A stretch of 64,000 nucleotides of DNA from Vicinamibacterales bacterium. GTDB lineage: Bacteria; Acidobacteriota; Vicinamibacteria; Vicinamibacterales; SCN-69-37. This document shows, one piece after another, positions 8,933-22,083 of the stretch. The position numbers and the translations under genes were made by a program. Each line of letters opens with the position of its first letter. The stretch's first letter is position 1. The DNA lies in the NCBI GenBank assembly GCA_039925145.1, contig JBDSZL010000047.1, positions 5,216 through 69,215 on the forward strand, written 5' to 3'. The notes under the pieces were generated by a model. It did not search any database. It was not told the DNA's origin and worked only from the letters and a program-made list of their open reading frames with translations.

Positions 8933-9886
8933 TTACGTGCGCGTGCCGCCCGATGCCGCGTTGGCGAGATACCACGAGACGGTATGCCGCAGGCCCTCGT
9001 CGAACGGGACCTTGGGCTCGAAGCCAAGGAGGTTACGCGCCTTGTAGATGTCTGCCTGCGAATCGCGCACGTCGCCCTCGCGCTCGGGACCGAGCTCGGG
9101 GCTGACCTCGCTCTTCAGAATCACCTGCAGCGCCCGGACGAGCTCCAGCAGCGAGATACGATCCCCGCGCGCCACGTTGATCACTTCGCCGGCCACCCCA
9201 GGCGCCTCGCAGCAGCGCAGGACTCCGTCGACGACATCCGCGACGTATGTGAAGTCGCGGGTCTGGCGTCCGTCGCCGTGAATCCGCGGCGCCTGACCGC
9301 GAGCCAACGCCTCGATGAACAGCGAAATCACCCCCGAGTAGGGCGAGCCCGGTTGTTGTCGCGGCCCAAACACGTTGAAGTAGCGCGTGCACACAGTCTC
9401 GAGCCCATACAAGGCGGTGAACATCTGGCAATACTGCTCGCAGACGAGCTTCTGCAGCGCATAGGGCGACAGCGGGTTGGGCCGCATGTCCTCGCGCTTC
9501 GGCAAGGTCGCGGCGTTGCCGTAGACCGACGATGAGGCGGCGAAGACAACACGTTTCACCCTCGCATCGCGCGCGGCCACCAGCACCTGCAACGTCGCGT
9601 CGACGTTGGCCACATGCGAGCCCACCGGATCGCTGATCGACCGGGGCACGGACGGGATAGCGGCCTGGTGCAGTACGTAGTCGCACCCGGCCACCGCGCG
9701 CTGCGCGATGCCGGCGTGCGAGAGGTCCCCCTCTTCGAGCTCGTACGTCCCAGGCTTTGGCAGATTTTCACGAAGGCCTGTTGAGAAGTTATCGGCGATG
9801 CGCACGGCGTGACCGCGCCGAAGGATTTCTTCCACCAGATGCGAGCCGATGAAGCCCGCACCTCCAGTTACCAGGTACTTTGCCAC
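8933..9886 (-). CDS. Extended SDR NAD-dependent sugar-nucleotide epimerase (WbpP/TviC-like)
   Basis: VTGGAGFIGSHL Rossmann motif, SSSVYG, YALQKL (YxxxK) and RYFNVFGPRQ are present. GTG start with GGAGA 9 nt upstream. Confidence 0.8.
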   Translation of the reverse strand: MAKYLVTGGAGFIGSHLVEEILRRGHAVRIADNFSTGLRENLPKPGTYELEEGDLSHAGIAQRAVAGCDYVLHQAAIPSVPRSISDPVGSHVANVDATLQVLVAARDARVKRVVFAASSSVYGNAATLPKREDMRPNPLSPYALQKLVCEQYCQMFTALYGLETVCTRYFNVFGPRQQPGSPYSGVISLFIEALARGQAPRIHGDGRQTRDFTYVADVVDGVLRCCEAPGVAGEVINVARGDRISLLELVRALQVILKSEVSPELGPEREGDVRDSQADIYKARNLLGFEPKVPFDEGLRHTVSWYLANAASGGTRT

Positions 9887-9907
9887 GAGCGATTGTCTCC
9901 GGGAGGG

Positions 9908-11173
9908 TTACCGGGGCCAGCCCGTCTTGGGCAGGCCCGGCACGACGCGCAGGGCGTTCTGGAAATACACCTTCTTCAACACCGCATCGGGCAGATCGAT
10001 CCCGTACAGCTTCCAGAAGGCGTGGTAGTCACGGTAATAGTCGAAATACTCGTCCCTGGTCTCGAAGACACGCCAGTAGTACGGGTATTCCTCGGGCTGA
10101 AACGAGTCCTTTCCGAACAGGATGCGGTCCTGATACTTGACGAAGAAGTCGTGCGCGGCGCGCGGCTGCCGGCCCAGGTCGTACAGCACTGCACCGACTT
10201 CGGTGACGACATTGGGGAAGTCGTCGAGCATCTTGGCGGCCCGCGCCAGGTTGTTGGCATGCCAGCCGAAATGCGCCGCGATGAAGTGGGTCTTCGGGTG
10301 TTTGCGAAACAGGTTGTTCCGCTCGGTCATCAGTTCCTCGAACGTGACCTGTCCCGGCTCGTTGTTGCGCCGATCGCGGAAGAGCGAGAGTTCGAGCCAC
10401 CGCTCGTTGTGCATGTCGAGGGGCTGAAAGAACTCTTGCGGCTCGGCCGTGTGAATGAAGGCCGGCAGGCCCAGCTTGGCGAGCATGGCCCACACCGGGT
10501 CGAGCTCCGGATCGTCGACATGGAGTCGCGATCCGTCCGCTTTGCGAGTCGTCAACCCGAAGCTCTTCGCGACCTCGCCGATGCCCACGGCACCGGCCTT
10601 CACGTCGGCTTCGAGTTGCTGCGCCGCTTTCTCGCCCCAGCCTGGGGCGACACCCTGGAAATTCAAGCCGGCGAGCACGCGAAATCGATCCTTGTACGGG
10701 CTCTTGGCGATCGCGTCGAGCGCGGCGCGCAAGCGATCGCCGCCGAGGTTGTCGGCGCTGACCATGACCTGGACGTTCAGGCTATCGAGCGACTTGACGA
10801 TGGCGGCAAGCGCCTCCGGGGTCGTGAGGTTGCCTGGGTGACCATGGATGTCGACGACCGGAAACTTCGCTCGCGGCACCGGGTGCGCTTCGGTGACGAG
10901 CGTGGACTTCGGCCGGTAGTCGACGATGCTCGGCGCGGGGAATTCGGGAGCCTGACAGGAACGCGGCCGGACCTCGGTGGTGCCGGGAGGGCACTCCTCG
11001 CCTGGCTGAATCTGAACACCGCCGCGCCCGCCACGACCGCCTTGACGGCCTGCCGCGTCGCCGGCGGGTGGCCCACCCTGCCGTGGCGCCGCCGGCGCCG
11101 GGCCCTGAGCGAGAATGCCCGTGCCGAGCACGGCCAGACTCAGGACAACCAACGGAGAACGCAACCGGCGCAT
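9908..11173 (-). CDS. Exported amidohydrolase family protein (Amidohydro_2-type TIM barrel)
   Basis: The start is moved to ATG 11173 (MRRLRSPLVVLSLAVLG signal), because the longer ORF runs into rnpB. Metal-site-like DIHGHPG and HFGW segments are present. Confidence 0.8.
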   Translation of the reverse strand: MRRLRSPLVVLSLAVLGTGILAQGPAPAAPRQGGPPAGDAAGRQGGRGGRGGVQIQPGEECPPGTTEVRPRSCQAPEFPAPSIVDYRPKSTLVTEAHPVPRAKFPVVDIHGHPGNLTTPEALAAIVKSLDSLNVQVMVSADNLGGDRLRAALDAIAKSPYKDRFRVLAGLNFQGVAPGWGEKAAQQLEADVKAGAVGIGEVAKSFGLTTRKADGSRLHVDDPELDPVWAMLAKLGLPAFIHTAEPQEFFQPLDMHNERWLELSLFRDRRNNEPGQVTFEELMTERNNLFRKHPKTHFIAAHFGWHANNLARAAKMLDDFPNVVTEVGAVLYDLGRQPRAAHDFFVKYQDRILFGKDSFQPEEYPYYWRVFETRDEYFDYYRDYHAFWKLYGIDLPDAVLKKVYFQNALRVVPGLPKTGWPR

Positions 11174-11202
11174 GAAGACTCCTGGATTCTGACGAGTAGT
11201 TC

Positions 11203-11717
11203 CGTCGCAGCGGATCGTAAGCCGAATTCTGTGCCCTTCGACTCTCCCTCGACACCCAACGTGCAGGCGCTCGGGATCGCTCAGGGTGACGATCATTCCT
11301 CTAGTCCCGGCATTGCTGGCGGGCTCCAGCGACCTACCCGGAGGCTTCGGACGGGCCGTCCTCAAGCGCCTCCCTATTTGGTCTTGCTCCGTGCGGGGTT
11401 TTGCCTGCCATCTGCCTTACAGCAGACGCGGTGCGCTCTTACCGCACCTTTTCACCCTTACCCACCTTCGCTCTCCGCCCTTCGGGCTTCGAGCTTCGGC
11501 GGGGCAAGCCCACATTCAGGAGCCGGCCCCGCCGAAGCCCGAGCTCAAAGAGCCGAGGGCGAAGGCGGGCGGTATATTTTCTGTGCCACTGTCCTTCGAG
11601 TTGCCCCGACCGGGCGTTACCCGGCGCACTGCCCTCTGGAGTTCGGACTTTCCTCCCTCCGCCCCCACACCCTTGCGGGCATGACGGCAAGACGGCGATC
11701 GTCTGATCCGCTGCGGC
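11203..11717 (-). ncRNA. rnpB: RNase P RNA, bacterial type A, long form
   Basis: The minus strand contains GGAGGGAGGAAAGTCCGAACTCC, GTGGCACAGAAAATATACCGCC and ACAGAATTCGGCTTAC. P1 pairing: GCAGCGGATC (11714-11705) with GATCCGCTGC (11216-11207). Confidence 0.85.
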
Positions 11718-11744
11718 GGAACGTCGATCTTACACCGGCCCGCG

Positions 11745-13160
11745 TCAGCCGTCCGTTTCCTGGCTGATTCGGTACTGCTCCAGCTTCTTGTACAGATTGC
11801 TCCGGGGCGTATCGATGACTTCGGCCGTCTTGGAGATGTTCCAGCCGAGCTCCCGAAGCTTCTCGACCAGAAACACCCGTTCGGACCACTCCTTGAACTC
11901 GCGCAGAGTAGCGGGCGTAGGACCGGCGGCGGCGATCAGTCCCCCGCCGGTGCGGGCTGCGTCTGTGGTGGTCGGCGCCGACGGCGAGCGGCCAATATCG
12001 GGCCGCACGACCTGCCGCACGTCCTCCGCTTCGATCTGGTCGCGCTCGCTCATGATGAGCAGCCGCTCGATCACATTGCCGAGCTCGCGGATGTTGCCCC
12101 GCCACCGGGCCTGACGCAGGACGTCGATCGCGCCTGGAGCAAACTTGGGCGCACGGCGGTTGTGCTCGCGGCTGTAACGCGCGACGAAGTGCTGCACGAG
12201 CGACGGGATATCTTCGAGACGCTCCCGCAAGGGGGGCACCACGATCGGGATGACACTCAGTCTGAAATAGAGGTCTTCGCGGAATCGTCCATCCGCCAGC
12301 TCCTGCTCGAGGTCTTTATTCGTCGCGGCGATCACGCGCACGTCGACCTTGATGGTGCGCGACGATCCGAGCCGCTCCACCTCGCCCTCCTGCAGCACGC
12401 GCAGGACCTTGGCCTGGGTCTTGGGGCTCATGTCGCCGACTTCATCCAGGAAGATGGTGCCGCGGTCGGCCATCTCGAACTTGCCGACCTGCTTCTCCGT
12501 CGCGCCGGTAAACGCGCCGCGCTCGTGGCCAAAGAGCTCGGACTCGATCAGCTCCTCGGGAATGGCGGCACAATTGACCTGCACGAATCGCTCGCGTGCG
12601 CGCAGGCTACCCCGGTGAATCGCGCGGGCGACCAGCTCTTTGCCCACGCCGCTCTCACCGAGAATGAGGACGGTGGCCGTGCTCGGCGCCGCTCGCCTGA
12701 CCTGGTCGAGAATCTGCGTGATCGCCGAACTGTCACCAACGAGCTGATGCCGCGATTCGAGCGCCGTGCGAAGCGACCGGTTCTCGTACCGGAGCGTCCC
12801 GAGCTCGAGTCCTTCGCGCACCGCGTCGAGCACGTAGTCTTTCGACAGCGGCTTCTCGATAAAACGGAACGCGCCGAGCCGGCCAGCCTCGAGAGCGGTT
12901 GCGGCCGTGCCATGCGCTGAAACGATCACCACAGGCAGCGCTTCGTTGGCCGTCTTCAGCTTGGTGAGCACCTCGAGACCGTCGAGGCCGGGCATCTTGA
13001 TGTCGAGGAACACCAGATCGGGACTGACGCGCTCGGCGATGGTGAGTCCCTCCTGCCCGGAACCCGCCACCACAACCTCGTGCCCCTCATATTCCAGAAT
13101 CATTCGCAGCGTGTCGCGAATGGCCGGCTCGTCGTCAACGACCAGAATGCGTGCCTTCAT
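11745..13160 (-). CDS. Sigma-54-dependent response regulator (REC + AAA+ EBP + Fis-type HTH; NtrC family)
   Basis: REC domain with the FLDIKMPGLDG acceptor region, Walker A GESGVGKE, GAFTGA, Walker B FLDEVGDM, and a C-terminal HTH (TPRSNLYKKLEQY). Confidence 0.9.
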   Translation of the reverse strand: MKARILVVDDEPAIRDTLRMILEYEGHEVVVAGSGQEGLTIAERVSPDLVFLDIKMPGLDGLEVLTKLKTANEALPVVIVSAHGTAATALEAGRLGAFRFIEKPLSKDYVLDAVREGLELGTLRYENRSLRTALESRHQLVGDSSAITQILDQVRRAAPSTATVLILGESGVGKELVARAIHRGSLRARERFVQVNCAAIPEELIESELFGHERGAFTGATEKQVGKFEMADRGTIFLDEVGDMSPKTQAKVLRVLQEGEVERLGSSRTIKVDVRVIAATNKDLEQELADGRFREDLYFRLSVIPIVVPPLRERLEDIPSLVQHFVARYSREHNRRAPKFAPGAIDVLRQARWRGNIRELGNVIERLLIMSERDQIEAEDVRQVVRPDIGRSPSAPTTTDAARTGGGLIAAAGPTPATLREFKEWSERVFLVEKLRELGWNISKTAEVIDTPRSNLYKKLEQYRISQETDG

Positions 13161-14659
13161 GGCTGGGAGTCTGACACGACGGTGTAGATCACGCGCTGGC
13201 GGGTGCTGCGATCGAAAATGAGGAGCGCTGCGGCCTCCCCCGCCTTCAGGCCACCGGCCACCCCGCGAAACTCGGCCGCCGACCGCACCCGCTGCCGGTT
13301 GAGCTCGAGAATGACATGGTTGGTCCTGACCTGCGCGAGGCGTGCCGGGCCCGCCGGATCGACCTCCGTCACGAGCACGCCCTGCACCGATGGCGGAATG
13401 CGCAGATGCTCCGCAGTCGTGTCGTCGAGATCCCTCACGCTGATCCCGAGCGGCGCATCGTCGTGGCTCGCGGCCCGAACATCTGCCGTACGCGGGAACT
13501 GGGCGCGCGTGGCGTCGGTCAGTTCGCGGACGGCGAGCTTCACGAGGACATGACGCATTGCGCCGTCGCGCCAGACGTCAAGTGCGGCTGTGGTGCCTGG
13601 CTGGCGGCTCGCGATGCGACGACTGAGCTGCTGGTCGTCCTGCACGGGCTGCTGGTCGAGGCCGACGATGACGTCGTACGGACGCAGGCCAGCGCGATCG
13701 GCTGGCGTATCAGGCGTCACGTCCTGGACGAGTGCGCCGCTGTCGGGGCCGAGATGAAGCGCGCGGCGGAGCGCCGGCGTGACGGTGGTGAGTCCGAGGC
13801 CGATGTATCCGCGCGCGACAGTGCCGCGCTCGCGCAGCTGCGGCAGCACGGCCACCACCTGCCCAATCGGAATCGCGAAGCCGATGTTCATGGCCTGCGC
13901 GCTGATGGCGGTCGTAATGCCCACTACTTCGCCGCGGGCATTGATGAGCGGACCGCCGCTGTTGCCGAAGCTGATCGCCGCGTCGGTCTGGATAAAGGCG
14001 TCGAGGCTCGGATCGAAGAGCTTCCGGCCAAGGAAGCTCACCACGCCGACGGTCACCGAGTGCACGTACACGCCGAGGGGATTGCCGATGGCGCACACCC
14101 ATTCACCCACGCGCAACGTGTCCGAATTGCCGAGCGGCGCGACGGGGAGCTTATCGGTTGTGTTCACTTTCAGAAGGGCGACGTCCATTGCTTCATCGAC
14201 ACCCACCACCTCGGCGCGGAAGCTCCGGCCATCGCTGAGCGTGACCGTAACCCGGTCGGCGCCCGTGACCACGTGATGGTTGGTGAGGATGAACCCGTTG
14301 GGATCGATGATGAACCCGCTGCCAGAACCCTCACGCGGCGCGTCGGTATCGTCAGTGGAATAGCGGCGACGGGAGAAGCGAGGGAGATCGTCGGAGCCGC
14401 GCGATGCGATATCCACGTTGACGACGGCGGCGTTGAGCCGTGAGGCCACCTCGGCAAAGTCCACGCTGGCTGACACGCTGGTCGGAATGACGGGAACCTG
14501 GGCGGTGGACTGCACGACCAGTGGGGCGCCGTCAGTCGCGGGCCGGCTGATCGCCGCAACACCATGACTGAGTGGAGGTCGAGTGCCAGCGGCGACAAGG
14601 CCCAGCAGGAAACTGACGACGGCAGCGAGGCCGATGAGGGCGCCAGCTTGGCGGATCAT
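13157..14659 (-). CDS. HtrA/DegP-family periplasmic serine protease with two PDZ domains
   Basis: TNHHV, DVALLK and GNSGGPL form the catalytic triad context. Two PDZ-like regions are present. The stop overlaps the response-regulator start by 4 nt. Confidence 0.9.
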   Translation of the reverse strand: MIRQAGALIGLAAVVSFLLGLVAAGTRPPLSHGVAAISRPATDGAPLVVQSTAQVPVIPTSVSASVDFAEVASRLNAAVVNVDIASRGSDDLPRFSRRRYSTDDTDAPREGSGSGFIIDPNGFILTNHHVVTGADRVTVTLSDGRSFRAEVVGVDEAMDVALLKVNTTDKLPVAPLGNSDTLRVGEWVCAIGNPLGVYVHSVTVGVVSFLGRKLFDPSLDAFIQTDAAISFGNSGGPLINARGEVVGITTAISAQAMNIGFAIPIGQVVAVLPQLRERGTVARGYIGLGLTTVTPALRRALHLGPDSGALVQDVTPDTPADRAGLRPYDVIVGLDQQPVQDDQQLSRRIASRQPGTTAALDVWRDGAMRHVLVKLAVRELTDATRAQFPRTADVRAASHDDAPLGISVRDLDDTTAEHLRIPPSVQGVLVTEVDPAGPARLAQVRTNHVILELNRQRVRSAAEFRGVAGGLKAGEAAALLIFDRSTRQRVIYTVVSDSQP

Positions 14660-14687
14660 GACGAGGCAGGGGGCGTGGGCACTGGCA

Positions 14688-17764
<3,077 letters not shown>

Positions 17765-17836
17765 GTAAACGGGTCTCGCCTGAGAACGCGACGCCGATGA
17801 AACCTGCGGGAATCAGACCATAGGTTGAAGGGTGTG

Positions 17837-18631
17837 TCAACGCGCCTGTGTGAGCGGTGTGCGCGCGATCAGCGTCGAAAAATTAGTGGCCAGCCGTTCG
17901 GCGAGCGCCGCGGCCGACGTGCCGCGCGTGGCGGCCAGCACCGCGAACGTCTCGGCGACCCAGGCTGGCTCGTTGCGCTTCCCCCGATGCGGCACCGGGG
18001 CGAGAAAGGGCGCGTCTGTTTCGATGAGCAGCCGGTCGTCGGGAACGAACGCGGCCAGATCGCGCAGGTTGCCCGACCGGGGAAACGTGAGGATGCCGGA
18101 AAGCGACACGTAGAAGCCGAGCTCGAGCGCGGCACGCGCTTCGTCGACCGTGCCGCTGAAACAGTGCATGACGCCCCGCACGCCGGCCGCCTGTCTGATG
18201 ATGGCGAGCGTGTCGTCTGTGGCCTCCCGCGTGTGGATGGCGACCGGCAGGCCGGCGAGACGTGCCACCTCGAGCTGGGCGGCGAACACCTCGCGTTGAA
18301 TCTCGCGCGGCGAATGGTCGTAGTGATAGTCGAGGCCGATCTCACCCACGGCCATCGCCTGCGACTGTTGGACCGCCTCGGCCGTGCGCTCGGCCGAGAC
18401 GAGCGGCGCGTCCCCATACTGGCCAGCCCGGTGCGGATGAATCCCTGCCGCGAAGAGCACGCCAGGCCAGGCGGCCCGCACGGCTGTTACCCGTTCGATT
18501 TCAGCAGGCTCGTCGGCCGAGAGAATGCACAGGGCCCCGGTTACCCCCGCCGCATGCGCCCGTTCGACCACGGCCGGCAGATCGGCCACGAAGACCTCGT
18601 CTGCCAGATGGCAATGCGAATCGATGAGCAT
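17837..18631 (-). CDS. tatD: TatD-family metal-dependent hydrolase/DNase
   Basis: N-terminal MLIDSHCHL, and an ETDAPFL segment near the C-terminus. Confidence 0.85.
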   Translation of the reverse strand: MLIDSHCHLADEVFVADLPAVVERAHAAGVTGALCILSADEPAEIERVTAVRAAWPGVLFAAGIHPHRAGQYGDAPLVSAERTAEAVQQSQAMAVGEIGLDYHYDHSPREIQREVFAAQLEVARLAGLPVAIHTREATDDTLAIIRQAAGVRGVMHCFSGTVDEARAALELGFYVSLSGILTFPRSGNLRDLAAFVPDDRLLIETDAPFLAPVPHRGKRNEPAWVAETFAVLAATRGTSAAALAERLATNFSTLIARTPLTQAR

Positions 18632-18667
18632 GGCGCCGGTTCGTGTCCTGATGCGGGGAGGTCTGCC

Positions 18668-20683
18668 TCAGCGGATGCGCGTGCCGGGGGCCGGGGGCTG
18701 ATCGAAGGCGACCAGCATCGGCTTGCCACCGTCGCCGGTCGCGGCCAGGATCATGCCGTTCGACTCAACGCCCATCAGCTTCGCGGGCTTGAGGTTCGCC
18801 ACGATGGCGACCGTACGGCCGATGAGAGCCTCGGCTTCGTATGCCTCCGCAATGCCCGCCACGATGGTGCGCTTCTCGGTGCCGAGATCGACTTCGAGTT
18901 TCATCAGCTTCTTGGAACTGGGCACGCGCTCGGCGGCGAGAATCTTCGCCACGCGCAGGTCCACCTTCATGAAGTCGTCGATCGACAGCAGCCCGTCGGC
19001 CGAAGTCGGAGGCGCTGCCCCGACAGGCGCAGCCGGCGCTGGGGGCGCGGGCACGGGTGAAGCGGGCGGCGACCATGCGGTTGCAGGCGCGGGAGCACCC
19101 GGTACGTCTTTCGGCAGTTCACTCACAGCACTCTCCTTGTCCGCACTGGCGGACTCTGATTTGGGGGCCTCGAGGCGAGGCCACAGCACATCGCCGCGCG
19201 TGATGCGACGGGATCCGGTGTCTGTGACCGCGGCATCGACGTCGAACCGGAGATCGTTGGCGCGGGTCTGGGACGCGCCCAGACGGCTCAGGATGAGCTC
19301 GGACGATCCGGGCATCACCGGGCTGAGCAGGACGGCCGCGACACGCAGGCCCTCGGCCGCGGTCCACAGCACCTGATCGAGCTCGGCGCCGCGCTCCTGC
19401 TTCGCCAGCGCCCAGGGCTCGCTCGTCGCGATGTATTCGTTCGTCGCATCGACGAGCCTGAACACCGTTTGGCACGCCGCGTCGAGCGCCAGTCGATCCA
19501 TGGCCCGGCCATAGTCGTGCTTCGCTGTGGCAATCGCGCCTCCGAGCGGCTCGCCGCAGGCAGTGGCGCGCAACTCTCCGCCTCTGTAGCGCTCGGCCAT
19601 CGCTGTGATGCGATTGACCAGGTTGCCGAGGTTGTTCGCGAGGTCGACGTTGTACTTCTCTTCGAACCTGGTCCAGCTGAAGTCGCCGTCCGATCCGAAC
19701 ACGATCTCTTTGGTCAGATACAGCCGCAACGGGTCGCACCCGAGCCGCGCCGCCGCCTCGGTGGGATCGATGATTGTCCCAGGCGTGGACTTGCTCATGC
19801 GCTGCCCGTCTTTCGTCAAGAAACCATGACCGAAGACGTGGCGCGGCAACGGCAGCTTGGCGGCCATCAGCATGGCCGGCCAGATGACCGTGTGGAAGCG
19901 CGTGATGTCTTTGCCGATCACGTGCAGGTCTGCAGGCCACCAGCGATCGAACATGGCGGGATCGGTGCCGAGACCGACGGCCGACGCGTAATTGATGAGG
20001 GCGTCGAACCACACGTACACCACGCTGCCCGGATCGAACGGCAAGGGAATGCCCCAGGCCTGTCCTGCCCGGCTCACCGACACATCGTCGAGCCCGCCTT
20101 CGATTAGGCGGAGAATTTCGTTGCGGCGGATATCGGGCTGGATGAAGTCGGGATGTGCGGCGAAGTGGTCGAGCAGCGGCTGCTGATACCGCGAGAGCCG
20201 GAAGAAGTAGTTGTCTTCCTTCAGCCACTGCGGTTCCGACTGTGGATGCAGCGGGCAGCGGCCGCCGACGAGATCCTTCTCTTGTTTGAAGGCCTCGCAG
20301 CCGACGCAGTACCAGCCTTCGTACGTGCCGCGGTAGATGTCGCCAGCGTCGTGGAGCCGCGTCGCAATTTCAGTGACCGCGGCTTTATGACGAGGCTGGG
20401 TGGTCCGAATGAAGTCGTCGAATGAGATATCGAGACTCCGCCACGCCTGGCGAAACTCGTCTTCCATTCTGTCGCAGTAGGCGGTGGGGTCGAGGCCGGC
20501 TTCGGCAGCCTGCCGAAACACGTTCTGCGAGTGCTCGTCGTTGCCCATGACGAACCGTACGTCGAACCCGCGCAGGCGCTTGTAGCGGGCGATGACATCG
20601 GCGGCAATCTTCTCGTACGCGGTGCCAAGGTGCGGCCGGCTGTTGACGTAGTCGATGGCGGTGGTGAGATAGAAGCGAGGCAT
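18668..20683 (-). CDS. metG: Methionine--tRNA ligase with C-terminal tRNA-binding (Trbp111/EMAP-like) domain
   Basis: The start is set at ATG 20683 (MPRFYLTTAIDYVNSRPHLG, HIGH-like); ATG 20704 is an alternative. KMSKS motif (RMSKS) is present. The C-terminal KVDLRVAKI..KLMKLEVDLG region supports the tRNA-binding domain. Confidence 0.9.
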   Translation of the reverse strand: MPRFYLTTAIDYVNSRPHLGTAYEKIAADVIARYKRLRGFDVRFVMGNDEHSQNVFRQAAEAGLDPTAYCDRMEDEFRQAWRSLDISFDDFIRTTQPRHKAAVTEIATRLHDAGDIYRGTYEGWYCVGCEAFKQEKDLVGGRCPLHPQSEPQWLKEDNYFFRLSRYQQPLLDHFAAHPDFIQPDIRRNEILRLIEGGLDDVSVSRAGQAWGIPLPFDPGSVVYVWFDALINYASAVGLGTDPAMFDRWWPADLHVIGKDITRFHTVIWPAMLMAAKLPLPRHVFGHGFLTKDGQRMSKSTPGTIIDPTEAAARLGCDPLRLYLTKEIVFGSDGDFSWTRFEEKYNVDLANNLGNLVNRITAMAERYRGGELRATACGEPLGGAIATAKHDYGRAMDRLALDAACQTVFRLVDATNEYIATSEPWALAKQERGAELDQVLWTAAEGLRVAAVLLSPVMPGSSELILSRLGASQTRANDLRFDVDAAVTDTGSRRITRGDVLWPRLEAPKSESASADKESAVSELPKDVPGAPAPATAWSPPASPVPAPPAPAAPVGAAPPTSADGLLSIDDFMKVDLRVAKILAAERVPSSKKLMKLEVDLGTEKRTIVAGIAEAYEAEALIGRTVAIVANLKPAKLMGVESNGMILAATGDGGKPMLVAFDQPPAPGTRIR

Positions 20684-20700
20684 GGGCGGGCGCGAAGACG

Positions 20701-22083
20701 TCATTCTATCGTGGGCCGGTTCAGCCACGCGCCAAGCGCCTCGGCATGAACGTCTTTGACGGAGCGGCCGGTTCGCTCGGCGATGCGCAGGCAATCCTCG
20801 AACTCTGGCGCCGCGTTGGGCGTGAGGCCTGGCCCGGTCGCGACCTTGATGCGAACCGATCCATCTCGCGTTGCCACGTCGACGAAGCGGCGTTCGAGTG
20901 TCTCGCGCCACACGCGCGTGAACCGCACGCCAATCGTGGTTGTCTCCCGAAAGAGCACGGCGCACAGCGCGGCGCGGTCTTCTTCACGTCCCAGCACCGT
21001 CATGAGCGTGCCAGGCCTGCCCTTTTTCATCTGCACCGCCGTGAGGAACACATCGAGTGCGCCAGCCGCGAACAGGCGCTCTGTCGCGGCGCCAAACAAC
21101 TGGGGGTTCATGTCGTCGATCTCGCATTGAATCTCGACGACTGAGGTGGCCCCAGCCGCCGGCTGGTCTTCGGCCGATGCGGTGGCGACAGCGAGATCGG
21201 GGCGCGATTCGTCCGGCACCGGACGTGCCGTCCGCTCGCCAATCAGCACGCGCACGACGTTGGGTCGGTCGGGAAAGTCGCGCGACCCGGCGCCGTAGCC
21301 CACAGCCGCGATCGTCATGGCGGGCACCGGCCCGTACTCGCGCGCGTAGTCGCTGACGAGCAGGGCGCCCGTGGGGGTGGTGAGCTCGACCTGAGGTCCC
21401 TCGCTGTAGACGGGCACGCCGAGCAGGAGCGAGACGGTGGCCGGAGCCGGCACGGGAAATCGTCCGTGGGCGATGTCTACCTGACCGCCACCCACGTTGA
21501 GGGGCGATGCCACGATATCGTCGATGCCGTACCACTCGAGCGCGAATACGAAGCCGACGATGTCGACGATCGAGTCGAGGGCGCCGACCTCGTGCAGATG
21601 CACCTCGTCGACGGGCATGCTGTGAATGGCGGCCTCGGCTTCGGCCAGGCGCCGAAACAGGGCCTTGGCCCGCAGCTTGCCCGCGGCCGATAACGCGGAA
21701 TGCCCGATGAGATGCGCGATGTCGTGCAGCGACCGGTGCGACCCGTCGGCGTGGGCATGCGCATGCGATGTGCCGTGGCTGTGCGGGTGGTCGTGCGCCT
21801 GACCGTGACCGTGTTCGTGCGTCTGGCCCTGGTCGTGTGTGTGACCGGGACCATGGTCGTGGCTGTGGGGAGTGGTGGCTGACGCTGTAGTTTCGACGAC
21901 GTCGAACTTGGTGGCGGTGAGACCCGACCGCAAGACTCGTGAGGCCTGAACCTCGCAGTTCACGCCGAGGCTGCCGAGGGCGTCGCGTAACGCCTGGACG
22001 GGAAGCCCAGCGTCGATCAGCGCGCCGAGCAGCATGTCGCCCGCCGCACCTGTTCCACAGTCGAGATACATCACACGTCCCAT
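20701..22083 (-). CDS. larC: LarC-family nickel insertion protein (DUF111; nickel-pincer cofactor biosynthesis)
   Basis: MYLDCGTGAAGDMLLGALIDAG N-terminus, plus an internal His-rich tract (HSHDHGPGHTHDQGQTHEHGHGQAHDHPHSHGTSHAHAH). Confidence 0.85.
   Translation of the reverse strand: MGRVMYLDCGTGAAGDMLLGALIDAGLPVQALRDALGSLGVNCEVQASRVLRSGLTATKFDVVETTASATTPHSHDHGPGHTHDQGQTHEHGHGQAHDHPHSHGTSHAHAHADGSHRSLHDIAHLIGHSALSAAGKLRAKALFRRLAEAEAAIHSMPVDEVHLHEVGALDSIVDIVGFVFALEWYGIDDIVASPLNVGGGQVDIAHGRFPVPAPATVSLLLGVPVYSEGPQVELTTPTGALLVSDYAREYGPVPAMTIAAVGYGAGSRDFPDRPNVVRVLIGERTARPVPDESRPDLAVATASAEDQPAAGATSVVEIQCEIDDMNPQLFGAATERLFAAGALDVFLTAVQMKKGRPGTLMTVLGREEDRAALCAVLFRETTTIGVRFTRVWRETLERRFVDVATRDGSVRIKVATGPGLTPNAAPEFEDCLRIAERTGRSVKDVHAEALGAWLNRPTIE

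Noticed and set aside
11174-11365. N-terminal 64-aa extension of the amidohydrolase ORF
   Set aside because: It overlaps the conserved 3' domain of RNase P RNA. A proper signal peptide begins at the internal ATG 11173.
9809-11767. 652-aa plus-strand ORF. The same applies to other very long ORFs: 15327..16787(+), 17825..19060(+), 42134..43507(-), 46181..47461(+), 61368..62657(+) and 62891..63919(-).
   Set aside because: These are Arg/Ala/Pro/Gly-rich with no recognisable motifs, and they lie antisense or out of frame to genes with clear family signatures (one of them crosses rnpB). They are typical shadow ORFs of high-GC DNA.
21700-21860. His/Gly/Asp-rich repetitive coding tract that looked like a low-complexity repeat or a separate metal-binding peptide
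   Set aside because: It is in frame within LarC, and I recall His-rich regions as a known feature of LarC nickel-insertion proteins.
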